From NCBI GenBank assembly GCA_021323375.2, contig JAJPCT020000005.1:2725-26724 (forward strand): a DNA stretch of 24,000 nucleotides. Direction: 5' to 3'. The stretch is from Candidatus Wolframiiraptor gerlachensis (GTDB lineage: Archaea > Thermoproteota > Nitrososphaeria_A > Caldarchaeales > Wolframiiraptoraceae). The notes under the pieces are model-generated. The model made no database searches and was not told where the DNA came from. It was given only the letters and a program-made list of their open reading frames with translations. Of the stretch, positions 14,055 through 22,579 are shown piece by piece (position 1 is the first letter of the stretch; every line of letters starts with the position of its first letter). The position numbers and the translations under genes are program-made.

Positions 14055-15343
14055 CTCTTTCTCCGGCCTGTTCTCCCGCGCGCCTTAACCACCTTCACCT
14101 CCTCAGCCTTTCCTCCCTTAAGATAATTTATCTCCGACGGGGTAAACTCGAAGTATCTCGCGAGCGCCTCGCCCATCCCACCATCATTCACCATGATGAA
14201 TGAAATGTAGGGTAGCATTTGGCTCAACGCCTTCGTGGTTGAGAGGTGCAGCTTCGTGGCGATCTTCTGGGCTATGGACCTCCTAAGCTCTCTCTCCGTG
14301 CTCGTCGCCTGGAGGAACCTGATCCTCGGCGGGAACGTGAACTTCACGAAGCCTGATGGCTTATGCTTCCTCGCTAGTGCGACACCGCCGGTCATCACCG
14401 GGATCGCGTAGCGCATCAGTTTCCATTCCTGTTTCCTATTCACTCTAGCGAGTATCAGGTCTGCCCGCGCTAGAGCCTCAAACGCCTCAGCCAAGTCCTC
14501 GGGATCCGGGATCTGCTCCGGCGCATTATCCAAGATCCACGTGTAGACTAGGTCCAGGTCAACCTCCAGCCCCTCAAGCGCTGCCCTAGCAGCCCTCACG
14601 GATTTAGCATTGAAGATCATTCGGAGGGCGTCGAAGATCTCCCTGACCCTGTTTCTCGAGCCTAGTGCCTCGAGGGCCCGCTCATCAACCATCTCCCTCC
14701 CGCCGGTTATGGCCTGGAAGTCGTTTATCGCGGATCTGAGATCACCTTCGCTCCTCTCGGCCAGCTTCTCCAGAACTACGTCAGACACCTTTATGCCCTC
14801 CATCTCCGCGATCTCCTTAAGCCTCTTCACAACCTCAGCCTTCTTCAACCTCCTGAACTCGAGCATGAGGCATTTCTCCCTGATCGGCGCGAGCTTCGGG
14901 TCCCACGGGTTATTCGCAACGAGCACAAGCGGAACCCTAGTCTCGTTTATTATCTTGCTTAGGGCCGCTATTCCCCCTGCATCCTCCCTGCCCGCGATTC
15001 CATCAACCTCATCCACAAGTATTATCTTCCTTGTCGAGCCCTCGAGCGTGGCTTGGAGAGATGACTCACCGACAACAGCCTTCACCCTAGCCTCATCCCT
15101 CCAGTCGCTTGCATTAACCTCGACCACGTCATAGCCATGCTCCTTGCCATATGCTAGGACGAGGCTCGTCTTTCCTACTCCAGCCGGGCCATAGAGCAGG
15201 ACCGCCCTCTTCTCAGGAGGCCTACCAAGCTCCCACTGCTTCATCCACTTCACGAACGCCTCAACAGACTCCCTATTCCCGACGACCTCCACAACCCGCT
15301 TAGGTCTATACTTCTCAACCCAGAGTTCCGTCAAGGACCACAC
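14051..15343 (-). CDS. rfcL: replication factor C large subunit
   Basis: WVEKYRPK, Walker A GPAGVGKTS, Walker B ILVDEVDGI and a basic C-terminal tail. The GTG start lies 2 nt after the rfcS stop. Confidence 0.9.
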   Translation of the reverse strand: MWSLTELWVEKYRPKRVVEVVGNRESVEAFVKWMKQWELGRPPEKRAVLLYGPAGVGKTSLVLAYGKEHGYDVVEVNASDWRDEARVKAVVGESSLQATLEGSTRKIILVDEVDGIAGREDAGGIAALSKIINETRVPLVLVANNPWDPKLAPIREKCLMLEFRRLKKAEVVKRLKEIAEMEGIKVSDVVLEKLAERSEGDLRSAINDFQAITGGREMVDERALEALGSRNRVREIFDALRMIFNAKSVRAARAALEGLEVDLDLVYTWILDNAPEQIPDPEDLAEAFEALARADLILARVNRKQEWKLMRYAIPVMTGGVALARKHKPSGFVKFTFPPRIRFLQATSTERELRRSIAQKIATKLHLSTTKALSQMLPYISFIMVNDGGMGEALARYFEFTPSEINYLKGGKAEEVKVVKARGRTGRRKS

Positions 15344-15345
15344 CC

Positions 15346-16305
15346 TCAGGCCCTCTTCCTCTTAGCCGCGAGCCTCGCGAGGAACGCCATCAGCTGAACC
15401 TCCGGCGTCGCCCCCTCGGATATCCTATAATCCACCTCGCCGAGCAGATCCAGCAGCTCAAGCTTATCATCCTCGTCCAGATCAATATAGAATAGCTCGC
15501 GGTAGATCGCGGAGATAAGGTCGCTCGGCATTATCCCTTGGATATAGAGGAGCCTCCTAACCTCATCCCTAGCATCCGTGAACTTCCCTGAGAGGGCTAG
15601 CTCCAGTATCCTCCTAACCTCGCCCCTACTAACATATCCCATGACCTCGTAGACTGTCTTCTCCTCAATCTTCTTGGAGATAGAGGCGCACGCCTGCAGG
15701 ATGTTTATCGCCTTCCTCATATCACCTTCAGAGAAATCATAAATGACCTCATATGCCTGATCATCAACCTCAAGCCCCTCATTATCCGCTATCCGCTTGA
15801 GATACTGGATGACATGAATCTTGCTAAGCGGCTTGAACCTGAAGACCGCGCACCTCGACTGTATGGGCTCGATTATCCTGTTGCTGTAGTTCGCGGCCAA
15901 GATGAACCTACACGTCACGGAGAACTGCTCCATAACCCTCCTGAACGCGTGCTGCGCATCATCCGTGAGCTGATCGCTCTCATCCAGGAAGAGGATCTTG
16001 AAGCTATACTCGCCCATCGGTATCTGTCTCGCGAACATCTTCACCTTCTCCCTGATCGTCTGGATTCCCCTCTCATCCGACGCGTTTATCTCCAAGAAGT
16101 ATCCATCCTCAATATAGTTGGGGCCGAATAGGTCCCTTGCGAAGGCGTGAGCCGTCGCGGTCTTCCCAACACCAGGGGGGCCGGCGAAGAGCATATGTGG
16201 AACAGCCTTCGTCTGGAGGATATTCTTCAGGCTGCTAACAACCTCCTCCTGATTCACTATCTCGTCAAGCGTTTTCGGCCTATATTTTTCAACCCATGGG
16301 AGCAT
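15346..16305 (-). CDS. rfcS: replication factor C small subunit
   Basis: MLPWVEKYRPKTLDEIV, Walker A GPPGVGKT, Walker B FLDESDQLT and the SRC motif IQSRCAVFRF. The track ORF extends to a GTG at 16335, but the conserved N-terminus begins at the ATG at 16305. Confidence 0.9.
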   Translation of the reverse strand: MLPWVEKYRPKTLDEIVNQEEVVSSLKNILQTKAVPHMLFAGPPGVGKTATAHAFARDLFGPNYIEDGYFLEINASDERGIQTIREKVKMFARQIPMGEYSFKILFLDESDQLTDDAQHAFRRVMEQFSVTCRFILAANYSNRIIEPIQSRCAVFRFKPLSKIHVIQYLKRIADNEGLEVDDQAYEVIYDFSEGDMRKAINILQACASISKKIEEKTVYEVMGYVSRGEVRRILELALSGKFTDARDEVRRLLYIQGIMPSDLISAIYRELFYIDLDEDDKLELLDLLGEVDYRISEGATPEVQLMAFLARLAAKRKRA

Positions 16306-16388
16306 CGAGACCTCTTTTAGGCTCAAAGAGCTCACCTAGGAAATTAGATGCCATGACTGGTAATTAGATCTTTCTCAGAATCCGGGGG

Positions 16389-17159
16389 TCATACCTTCAG
16401 CCTGAATAGCTCAAGCGCATTCCGGGTGGTTTTATCCTCAACCTCCTCCAAGGATATGCCCTTAATCCTGCTTATCCACTCCGCCGAGACCTTCACATTC
16501 CTCGGATGATTTACCTCATCTCTTGAGGGCGCAAGAACAGGGGCATCGCTCTCTAGGAGGAGATTCTCAAGCGGGAGCTTCTCGACGAGCTTCTGCTTCT
16601 GCCTGCTTCTAGCTATTGATGGAGGTATGCTGAACATGTATCCCCTGCTAGCAGCCCTAGCCGCATAAGATGCGTTGCCATCAAAAGCATGCATCACGAC
16701 GCGCTCAGCCCTCTTGCGCACAAGGATCTCGAGGGCATACCTCCCAGCACTTCTCGAGTGAACTATGATCGGCAGGTCAAGGGATTTAGCGAGATCTATG
16801 AACTCCTCGAAGACCATTTGCTGGAGGGCTCTCTGATCCCTGTTGCCGCGCCAGTAGTCAAGCCCAACCTCGCCGACAGCGACAATCCTCGACCTCTCCC
16901 TCTCAATCAGCCCGAGAACATCCTCATAGCCCTCCAGCTCATATGGTGCTATGCCTATTGATGGATAAATTCTTGTGTAATCGGAGATCTCCAGCGCCCT
17001 TAGAGCATCTTGATATCCCAGGCCCGAGGTTATGATCACGGCTACACCGGTCTCAACAGCCTCCCCAACCACCCGGGACACACGGCCCTCAAACTCCCGC
17101 GCGGTGAGATGACAGTGGACATCTACCAGCAAAGCCGTCTCATAAACAGATGACGCCAT
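16389..17159 (-). CDS. tatD: TatD-family metal-dependent hydrolase/DNase
   Basis: LVDVHCHL, VAVGEVGLD, IIVHSR, HAFDG and LLESDAPV are TatD metal-ligand motifs. Confidence 0.88.
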   Translation of the reverse strand: MASSVYETALLVDVHCHLTAREFEGRVSRVVGEAVETGVAVIITSGLGYQDALRALEISDYTRIYPSIGIAPYELEGYEDVLGLIERERSRIVAVGEVGLDYWRGNRDQRALQQMVFEEFIDLAKSLDLPIIVHSRSAGRYALEILVRKRAERVVMHAFDGNASYAARAASRGYMFSIPPSIARSRQKQKLVEKLPLENLLLESDAPVLAPSRDEVNHPRNVKVSAEWISRIKGISLEEVEDKTTRNALELFRLKV

Positions 17160-17222
17160 CTAATTATGATTTCCCGGCCCCCGGCCCCGATACAGCTTAG
17201 GGATAACGAAAAGGTGGTATGG

Positions 17223-17852
17223 CTATTGTTGCCTCGGCTTCAAGATTATCTTTCCACCGATTATCGTGCTGCTGGGTATCAGCACCTTAGTCCCATCAGC
17301 CTTGGCAATGATCGTGAAAAGTGTTGTAACATCCTCCACCACACCCTCCTCGCCGGCTACAATCACAGAGTCACCTATCTTGAAGGGTCTTGCTATCAAT
17401 AGGAACAGGCCGGCTATTGTCTGCCCTAGGACTTGCTGGGATGCGAAGCCTATGACCATGCCTATGAAGCCTCCGAGCGCCACGCCAGCCGCTCCTCCAG
17501 CAACCCCGCCAGCTATGGCCGCTAGCATTCCGCCGATGCCCACAAACCTGACGACATTTCTTATGGCAGCTGCTGTCGGGTGACCATACCTGCCGACGGT
17601 AGACCAGTAGAAGAAGCTAGCCACAGCACCAGCGATCAAGAAGCCAAAGGACAGCGCCAAGAGGATCTGGACATAAACCTCGTACTCCCCTAAGCTCATC
17701 CCAAACTTGGGGAAAATATCAGCGATGAGATATTTCACAAACGCCGATACCGCAACATAAAGAACGATATAGACGATCAACCTAACTATAGACTTCGAGA
17801 TATTCCTGGCAATCTCGGCGGGGGTTAGCTCTTTCTGAACTTGCGCCACCAT
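17223..17852 (-). CDS. small-conductance mechanosensitive channel (MscS family)
   Basis: Three N-terminal TM segments, then the MscS beta-domain pattern GLFLLIARPFKIGDSVIVAGEEGVVEDVTTLFTII...DGTKVLIPSS. Confidence 0.8.
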   Translation of the reverse strand: MVAQVQKELTPAEIARNISKSIVRLIVYIVLYVAVSAFVKYLIADIFPKFGMSLGEYEVYVQILLALSFGFLIAGAVASFFYWSTVGRYGHPTAAAIRNVVRFVGIGGMLAAIAGGVAGGAAGVALGGFIGMVIGFASQQVLGQTIAGLFLLIARPFKIGDSVIVAGEEGVVEDVTTLFTIIAKADGTKVLIPSSTIIGGKIILKPRQQ

Positions 17853-17904
17853 GAAAACGCCTCCATAGTGCTAACCTTTGTTACTCCTTGTTACTTTTGG
17901 GAAT

Positions 17905-17927
17905 AAAAAAGTTTTAGAATAGAAAAA
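17905..17927 (-). terminator. oligo-T tracts downstream of the DUF350-like gene
   Basis: The minus strand reads CCTTTTTCTATTCTAAAACTTTTTTATTC just after the stop at 17940. Confidence 0.4.
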
Positions 17928-17939
17928 GGTGAGGATGTG

Positions 17940-18494
17940 TCAGCTTATTAGGCGGAGTATTGCTGAAGCCAGTGGCTCTGATAGCCAGGCTACACCTTGG
18001 CTTGCGACCAGTGAGATGGCAACGAATGTGCCGAACAATATCACTGCCGTCGCGATGTTTCCATTCTTTAGCTCTGCCTCTATGTCGAATTCTTTTATGT
18101 CTGTTACTCCTGGCAACTTCTCAGCTGCTCTTACAAGCCATCTGTAAACCCTTGATTGAGCCCAGACTATTAGGACTATTGCGAGCGGTAGGCCTACAAA
18201 TAGCTGGATGAGACCAGCTATTAATGCTGCTAGGTTGAATTGCCCCGGTATAACTGCCCTGCTAATGCCGGTCACCGCTTGCCCAACAACATTTCCAACG
18301 GCTATCAGTATTCCCGCGATGTATATCGCCACAGCAAGATTTCTCTTGCGTATCTCCTCAAATTCATTTATCGTCTTCGTGGTTTTATCCAAGATATTAA
18401 GGGCTATGGTTATGCTGAATAGCGCCAAGGCTACGCCTAGAATCAACTGCAGTATTCCTATCCCGATATCTAGCAGGCTATACCACCAGCTCAT
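17940..18494 (-). CDS. DUF350-like integral membrane protein (duplicated module)
   Basis: 184 aa with four TM helices. Two similar halves each carry an acidic loop plus N(L/I)A(V/T)A(I/V) (EFEEIRKRNLAVAIYIAG and EAELKNGNIATAVILFG). Confidence 0.6.
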   Translation of the reverse strand: MSWWYSLLDIGIGILQLILGVALALFSITIALNILDKTTKTINEFEEIRKRNLAVAIYIAGILIAVGNVVGQAVTGISRAVIPGQFNLAALIAGLIQLFVGLPLAIVLIVWAQSRVYRWLVRAAEKLPGVTDIKEFDIEAELKNGNIATAVILFGTFVAISLVASQGVAWLSEPLASAILRLIS

Positions 18495-18600
18495 AGGCTC
18501 TACAGCGTACAGTTAAGCAGAATTTGTTTTTAAATCTTTTCCTAATAGCCATTATAGACTACTCGCATCCGTAGGATCTTATTCGGCTTTCGGGGGAAAT

Positions 18601-18608
18601 CTTTTAAG
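18601..18608 (+). promoter_or_regulatory. TATA-like box upstream of the MBL hydrolase gene
   Basis: CTTTTAAG is centred about 26 nt upstream of the ATG at 18631. Confidence 0.35.
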
Positions 18609-18630
18609 AGGCTTGGCTGGATGTATTGGC

Positions 18631-19287
18631 ATGCCATTCAAGTATGGTGAGGTGGAGGTTACCTGGCTTGGTCACGCGGCTTTTATGATATCCCATCGCG
18701 GGAACATCATATATGTGGATCCATTCAATATCTATCCTAAGGGGAGGGCGGACATAATCCTCGTAACGCATGAGCATTTCGATCACCTGAGCCTTGAGGA
18801 TATCAAGAAGATCGTTAAGCCGGAGACATATATCATCGCGCCAGAGAATTGTAGGGATAAGCTTAGGCTCCTGAAGACGGGGGTTGTTAAGCTTGTGAAG
18901 CCGGGCGATAGCGTGGAGATTAAGGGCGTGAGGGTCGAGGCTGTCCCGGCCTATAACGTGAACAAGTTTAGGGCTCCGGGAATAGTCTATCATCCGAGGG
19001 AAGAGGGCTCCGTGGGGTATGTCATTGAGCTGGATGGGGTGAGGATCTATCATGCCGGGGATACGGATTTCATCCCAGAGATGAGGGGCTTGAACGTGGA
19101 TATAGCACTCGTTCCCGTGAGCGGGACATTCGTGATGACAGCCGAGGAGGCTGCTGAAGCCGTTAACACATTCAAGCCCAAGATAGCGATACCGATGCAC
19201 TATGGCGCTATCGTTGGCTCAAGGGCTGACGCCGAGCGATTCAAGGAGCTCGCGAAGGTAAACGTCGTGATACTGGAGAAGGAGTAG
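18631..19287 (+). CDS. MBL-fold metal-dependent hydrolase (UPF0173-like)
   Basis: MPFKYGEVEVTWLGHAAF..., the HxHxDH motif ILVTHEHFDHL, and later HAGDT and PMHYG. The track start (TTG at 18613) is probably 6 codons too long. The antisense ORF 18604-19200 is a shadow. Confidence 0.85.
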   Translation: MPFKYGEVEVTWLGHAAFMISHRGNIIYVDPFNIYPKGRADIILVTHEHFDHLSLEDIKKIVKPETYIIAPENCRDKLRLLKTGVVKLVKPGDSVEIKGVRVEAVPAYNVNKFRAPGIVYHPREEGSVGYVIELDGVRIYHAGDTDFIPEMRGLNVDIALVPVSGTFVMTAEEAAEAVNTFKPKIAIPMHYGAIVGSRADAERFKELAKVNVVILEKE

Positions 19288-19293
19288 GAGCTA

Positions 19294-20445
19294 CTAGGAG
19301 ACGGGGCGGAACACGATCCCTAGCTCCTCGGCATAACGATAGGCCTCCTGCATCTCATTCCAGCTCGGCCTCCTAGCAACATCCGGATACTTATCCGGGT
19401 TTCTCAGGACAAGATACTCCGGCCTATACTGCTCCATGATATTCACCAAGACCCTGTCCCCAATGTTCTCCGCAATCCACCTCAGGATCGGCTTAGTATC
19501 GCATTCAAGATGATTTGGGAGGACTAGATGCCTTATGATCATGTCGCCGTGCCTCGCTGCTAGGAGGTGATTTCTCGTGACAGCCTCCCTGTATCCGAGC
19601 TTTCCGCGGACATTCGAGAGCCTCGCGGCACAATCATTACTCCAGTATTTGAAGTCGGGGAGCCATATATCGACGAGGTCGAGGAGGAGCTTCATGGACT
19701 CCATGCTAAGATACATGTTGCTATTCCAGAGTATGGGTGCGTTCACATCCAAGTATTTCAGAGATTCTATGATGATCCAGGTGTTGGGTGTCGGGTCGCC
19801 TCCCACGTAGTTTATGTTCGCCGCTCCCTCGAGCCTTAGGTTCTTCGCTATTAGTGCCAGCTTTCTCGCATCAACCCTCACGCCAGCGCCCTCAAATCCT
19901 CCCCTCGGATGCGAGATATCCCAGTTCTGGCAGAAGACGCAATGGAAGTTGCATGATACGAAGAATATCGTGCCCGAGCCGCCCTGCCCCTCCGTCCCGA
20001 TCAAGGGCGCCTCCTCGCCATGATGATGGAAGAATGATGCCACATATGCCTCGTCTCTAAGCCCGCAGACACCCCTCTGGCCCGAGATCCTATCAACCTC
20101 GCATCTCCACTCGCAGAACCTGCACCTCTTCAGAATCCTCCTAGCAAGCTCTATCTTAACATCGAGATATGATGGGCTGGCCGGCTTAAGCCTCTCCTCA
20201 TCAACACCGGATCCATACATCTGCTTGAAGAGCTCCTCAGCCTCCTGATGAAGCTCCTCATGCATTCTCCAGAGCTCCCCCTCCCCGAGATCATGGATAT
20301 TGCCCGGAGCCCTAACCGCTCTCACGATCATGAACTTGGCCGGCGTCTCATTCAACATTACAGAACGATACCAGCTAAGCCTCCTCCGCACCTCGGAATC
20401 GTTCCAGACCAAGACCGCGTCAGGCCTAATGATCCTGACCCACAC
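19294..20445 (-). CDS. radical SAM protein, PflX-type (pyruvate formate-lyase activase-like)
   Basis: The CxxxCxxC cluster motif CNFHCVFCQNW and an upstream Cys-rich segment CRFCEWRCEVDR...CG. Confidence 0.85.
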   Translation of the reverse strand: MWVRIIRPDAVLVWNDSEVRRRLSWYRSVMLNETPAKFMIVRAVRAPGNIHDLGEGELWRMHEELHQEAEELFKQMYGSGVDEERLKPASPSYLDVKIELARRILKRCRFCEWRCEVDRISGQRGVCGLRDEAYVASFFHHHGEEAPLIGTEGQGGSGTIFFVSCNFHCVFCQNWDISHPRGGFEGAGVRVDARKLALIAKNLRLEGAANINYVGGDPTPNTWIIIESLKYLDVNAPILWNSNMYLSMESMKLLLDLVDIWLPDFKYWSNDCAARLSNVRGKLGYREAVTRNHLLAARHGDMIIRHLVLPNHLECDTKPILRWIAENIGDRVLVNIMEQYRPEYLVLRNPDKYPDVARRPSWNEMQEAYRYAEELGIVFRPVS

Positions 20446-20488
20446 GGGGCTCCCATGAATAAGGCTCTTGGATCACGCTAAAAAGGAT

Positions 20489-21010
20489 TTAGTCTTTGAA
20501 GGATGGTAGCCTCACGCCTCTCTGGCCCTGATACTTGCCCTTATACGGCTTCTCCACTGGCGATGAGAGCTTGGCGAATACGACGTGTAAAAACCTGTCA
20601 CCAGAGTAGAGCTTTACGGGAAACTCCCCCCCAACAAGTTCTATCGTGAGCTGCCCCTCGAAGTTCGCGTCAATTATCGTCGGCGGTATTGTCAAACCTA
20701 TCCTCGCATAACTGCTCCTCAAGTTTACGAAGCCCATGAGGTCTAGGGGAAGCTTGATGTATTCCATCGTGTGTAGGAGGACGTGCTCCCTCGGCCTTAT
20801 CAAGAAGCTGTCACCCTCCTCTATCTCATAGAACTCTGCGATGTCGTCGCCGTGCACGTCTAGAACCTTATCAATGGACTTGAGTCTCGCCATCTGCCTT
20901 CCAATCCTAAGGTCGAGGCCGTTCTCCCTAACAACGTCGTCCCTGAATGGCTCTATCACGAGCCTCCCACTCCTGATATAGTTCCAGAGGTCGAAGTCAC
21001 TCAGGATCAA
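20489..21010 (-). CDS. dcd: dCTP deaminase (Dcd/dUTPase superfamily)
   Basis: The conserved N-terminus (M)ILSD is reached from the TTG at 21010; the track GTG at 21022 adds 4 residues. Supporting motifs are NGLDLRIG, LNLRSSYARIGL and IDANFEGQLTIEL. Confidence 0.85.
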   Translation of the reverse strand: MILSDFDLWNYIRSGRLVIEPFRDDVVRENGLDLRIGRQMARLKSIDKVLDVHGDDIAEFYEIEEGDSFLIRPREHVLLHTMEYIKLPLDLMGFVNLRSSYARIGLTIPPTIIDANFEGQLTIELVGGEFPVKLYSGDRFLHVVFAKLSSPVEKPYKGKYQGQRGVRLPSFKD

Positions 21011-21118
21011 GCGCCCTCTCACCAGCCAACATCATGCTCAGCTTAAGGGCTTAAAGAAATTTCTCCCAAGCTTAGTGCCTCCGGGAACATGTGGAGGCAT
21101 CCTCGGATATTGCCTAGG

Positions 21119-21886
21119 TTACACCTCGATCACATCAAAGTCCCTGGGAGCGTAAACCATCACACCTAGCTTCTCCCTAAAACTCTCCAAGTATTCCTGG
21201 AGCCTCTCTTCCATCTCAGGGTAGATGTGCGTGAGTATGAGGATCTTCGGGCATATCTCGCTGGCTATTCTCATGAGATCTTCCGCGGATGTATGCTTGC
21301 CCTTGAGCCTGTCAGCGGGGAATGAGCACTCATGGATTAGTATACCTGTCCCACGAGCAAGCTCTATAAGCCTTGGATCGGGCGCCGTGTCGCCGGAATA
21401 AGTTATCGAGATCGAGGGGAGGTCTATCCTATACGCGACGCCATTAAAGTGCTCGACGGGCTTAGATCTTAGGATTATGCTGGGCTCAAGTTCCAGCACA
21501 TCATCCCAAACCTCATGGATCTCCACTAAGTCGCGGCAGCCGAGATCCGAGAGATAGCCGAAAAGCCTTCGATCAGAGACTAGTAGATCAAGCATTTCAT
21601 TCACGCCTCGGGGCCCGAAGACCCTGAACAATTTTCTACTTGAGAGGGCTCTCAACTTCATGAATGGCAGGAGATCAGAGACATGGTCCATGTGGAGATG
21701 GGTGACTAGGATTATGTTGATGCTCTCGGGATCCATGCAAATTCTCCTAAGCTTCTCTAGGACCCCGGGCCCTATATCGAGGAGGATTCTAAGCCCGTTA
21801 TCGGCCTCGAGCAGTATTCCGGAGGAGAATCTCTGGCTCGTGGGTATTATGGATCCTGTCCCGAGGAAGATGAGCCTTGGCAGCAG
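21119..21886 (-). CDS. MBL-fold metallo-hydrolase (RNase Z/ElaC-like); the start codon is unresolved
   Basis: The HxHxDH motif ILVTHLHMDH follows the track ATG (21736). The conserved N-terminal RLIFLGTGSIIPTSQRFSSGILLEADNGLRILLDIGPG is encoded upstream of that ATG, in frame, immediately after a TAG at 21887-21889. No ATG, GTG or TTG lies in between. Confidence 0.7.
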   Translation of the reverse strand: MLPRLIFLGTGSIIPTSQRFSSGILLEADNGLRILLDIGPGVLEKLRRICMDPESINIILVTHLHMDHVSDLLPFMKLRALSSRKLFRVFGPRGVNEMLDLLVSDRRLFGYLSDLGCRDLVEIHEVWDDVLELEPSIILRSKPVEHFNGVAYRIDLPSISITYSGDTAPDPRLIELARGTGILIHECSFPADRLKGKHTSAEDLMRIASEICPKILILTHIYPEMEERLQEYLESFREKLGVMVYAPRDFDVIEV

Positions 21887-22579
21887 CTACTCCCTCCGGG
21901 ACAGGATCTCAACCCATGGATTGTCTACGAGATATGAGGGGAGGCTGCCCACGCGTTTCACCTCGGCAGGAGGCATGGATTCAGCGCGCTCGGATTTCTC
22001 CCCGACCGCGGGCGATGCAAGGCCGCTTCTCTCAAGCCTTGCCACCCTCTCAATTAAGCTTCGATGATCCTTCTCAAGTCTATCAAGCCTCGCCTCAAGC
22101 TCCTCAATCACTCTTAGTAGCTTCGAGATCTGCTTCTTCAATTCAACAATTTCTTGGGAGCTGGTGTGTGCATTCCGTTCATGCCCCTCAAGCCTCTGGT
22201 GGGCTTCCCTCCTCTCCCTAAACCTCGGCGGAATAATCTCCTCCGCCCCCATCCTATCATAAATTATCAGCCCGAAGCCGTGCAGTATCATCACATTATC
22301 ATCTATCGCCTTGGCATATTTTCGTGGGACGGCTATGCAGACGCCATCATACCTCGACTTCATCTTCTCCGCGTGGAGGAGGGCGTCTTGGAGAGCGCCC
22401 TTGCTCATCAAGGCATCCTCATCAAGGATGCTCACAAATATCTCCCTAGACCCATCGGATAATATGAGCCTGCTGGAGTAGAGTGACTCGGGATCTCTCC
22501 CCCTCTCCACCTCATAGAATCCCTCCTCCTCATAGAATGCTGAGATCACGTCCTCGGGGGCGAGGCGGTTACGCGACAT
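21887..22579 (-). CDS. coiled-coil protein downstream of crenactin (arcadin-2-like by position and architecture; function inferred)
   Basis: The preferred start is the ATG at 22579 (MSRNRLAPEDV), an 11-nt overlap with the crenactin stop. The N-terminal part is an alpha/beta domain. The central heptad region reads QEIVELKKQISKLLRVIEELEARLDRLEKDHRSLIERVARLE. The C-terminal tail reads SLPSYLVDNPWVEILSRRE. Confidence 0.6.
   Translation of the reverse strand: MSRNRLAPEDVISAFYEEEGFYEVERGRDPESLYSSRLILSDGSREIFVSILDEDALMSKGALQDALLHAEKMKSRYDGVCIAVPRKYAKAIDDNVMILHGFGLIIYDRMGAEEIIPPRFRERREAHQRLEGHERNAHTSSQEIVELKKQISKLLRVIEELEARLDRLEKDHRSLIERVARLERSGLASPAVGEKSERAESMPPAEVKRVGSLPSYLVDNPWVEILSRRE

Noticed and set aside
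16306-16335. N-terminal extension of rfcS (the GTG-initiated MSSLSLKEVS) and similar extensions of dcd (21011-21022), the MBL hydrolase (18613-18630), the recombinase (9786-9821) and the coiled-coil gene (22580-22639)
   Set aside because: In each case the family-typical N-terminus begins at a downstream start codon, and the extension would overlap an upstream gene or promoter. These are kept as alternatives only.
18604-19200. 198-aa minus-strand ORF opposite the MBL hydrolase gene
   Set aside because: It is fully antisense to a gene with clear HxHxDH motifs. It has no motifs of its own and an odd composition rich in H, P and L.
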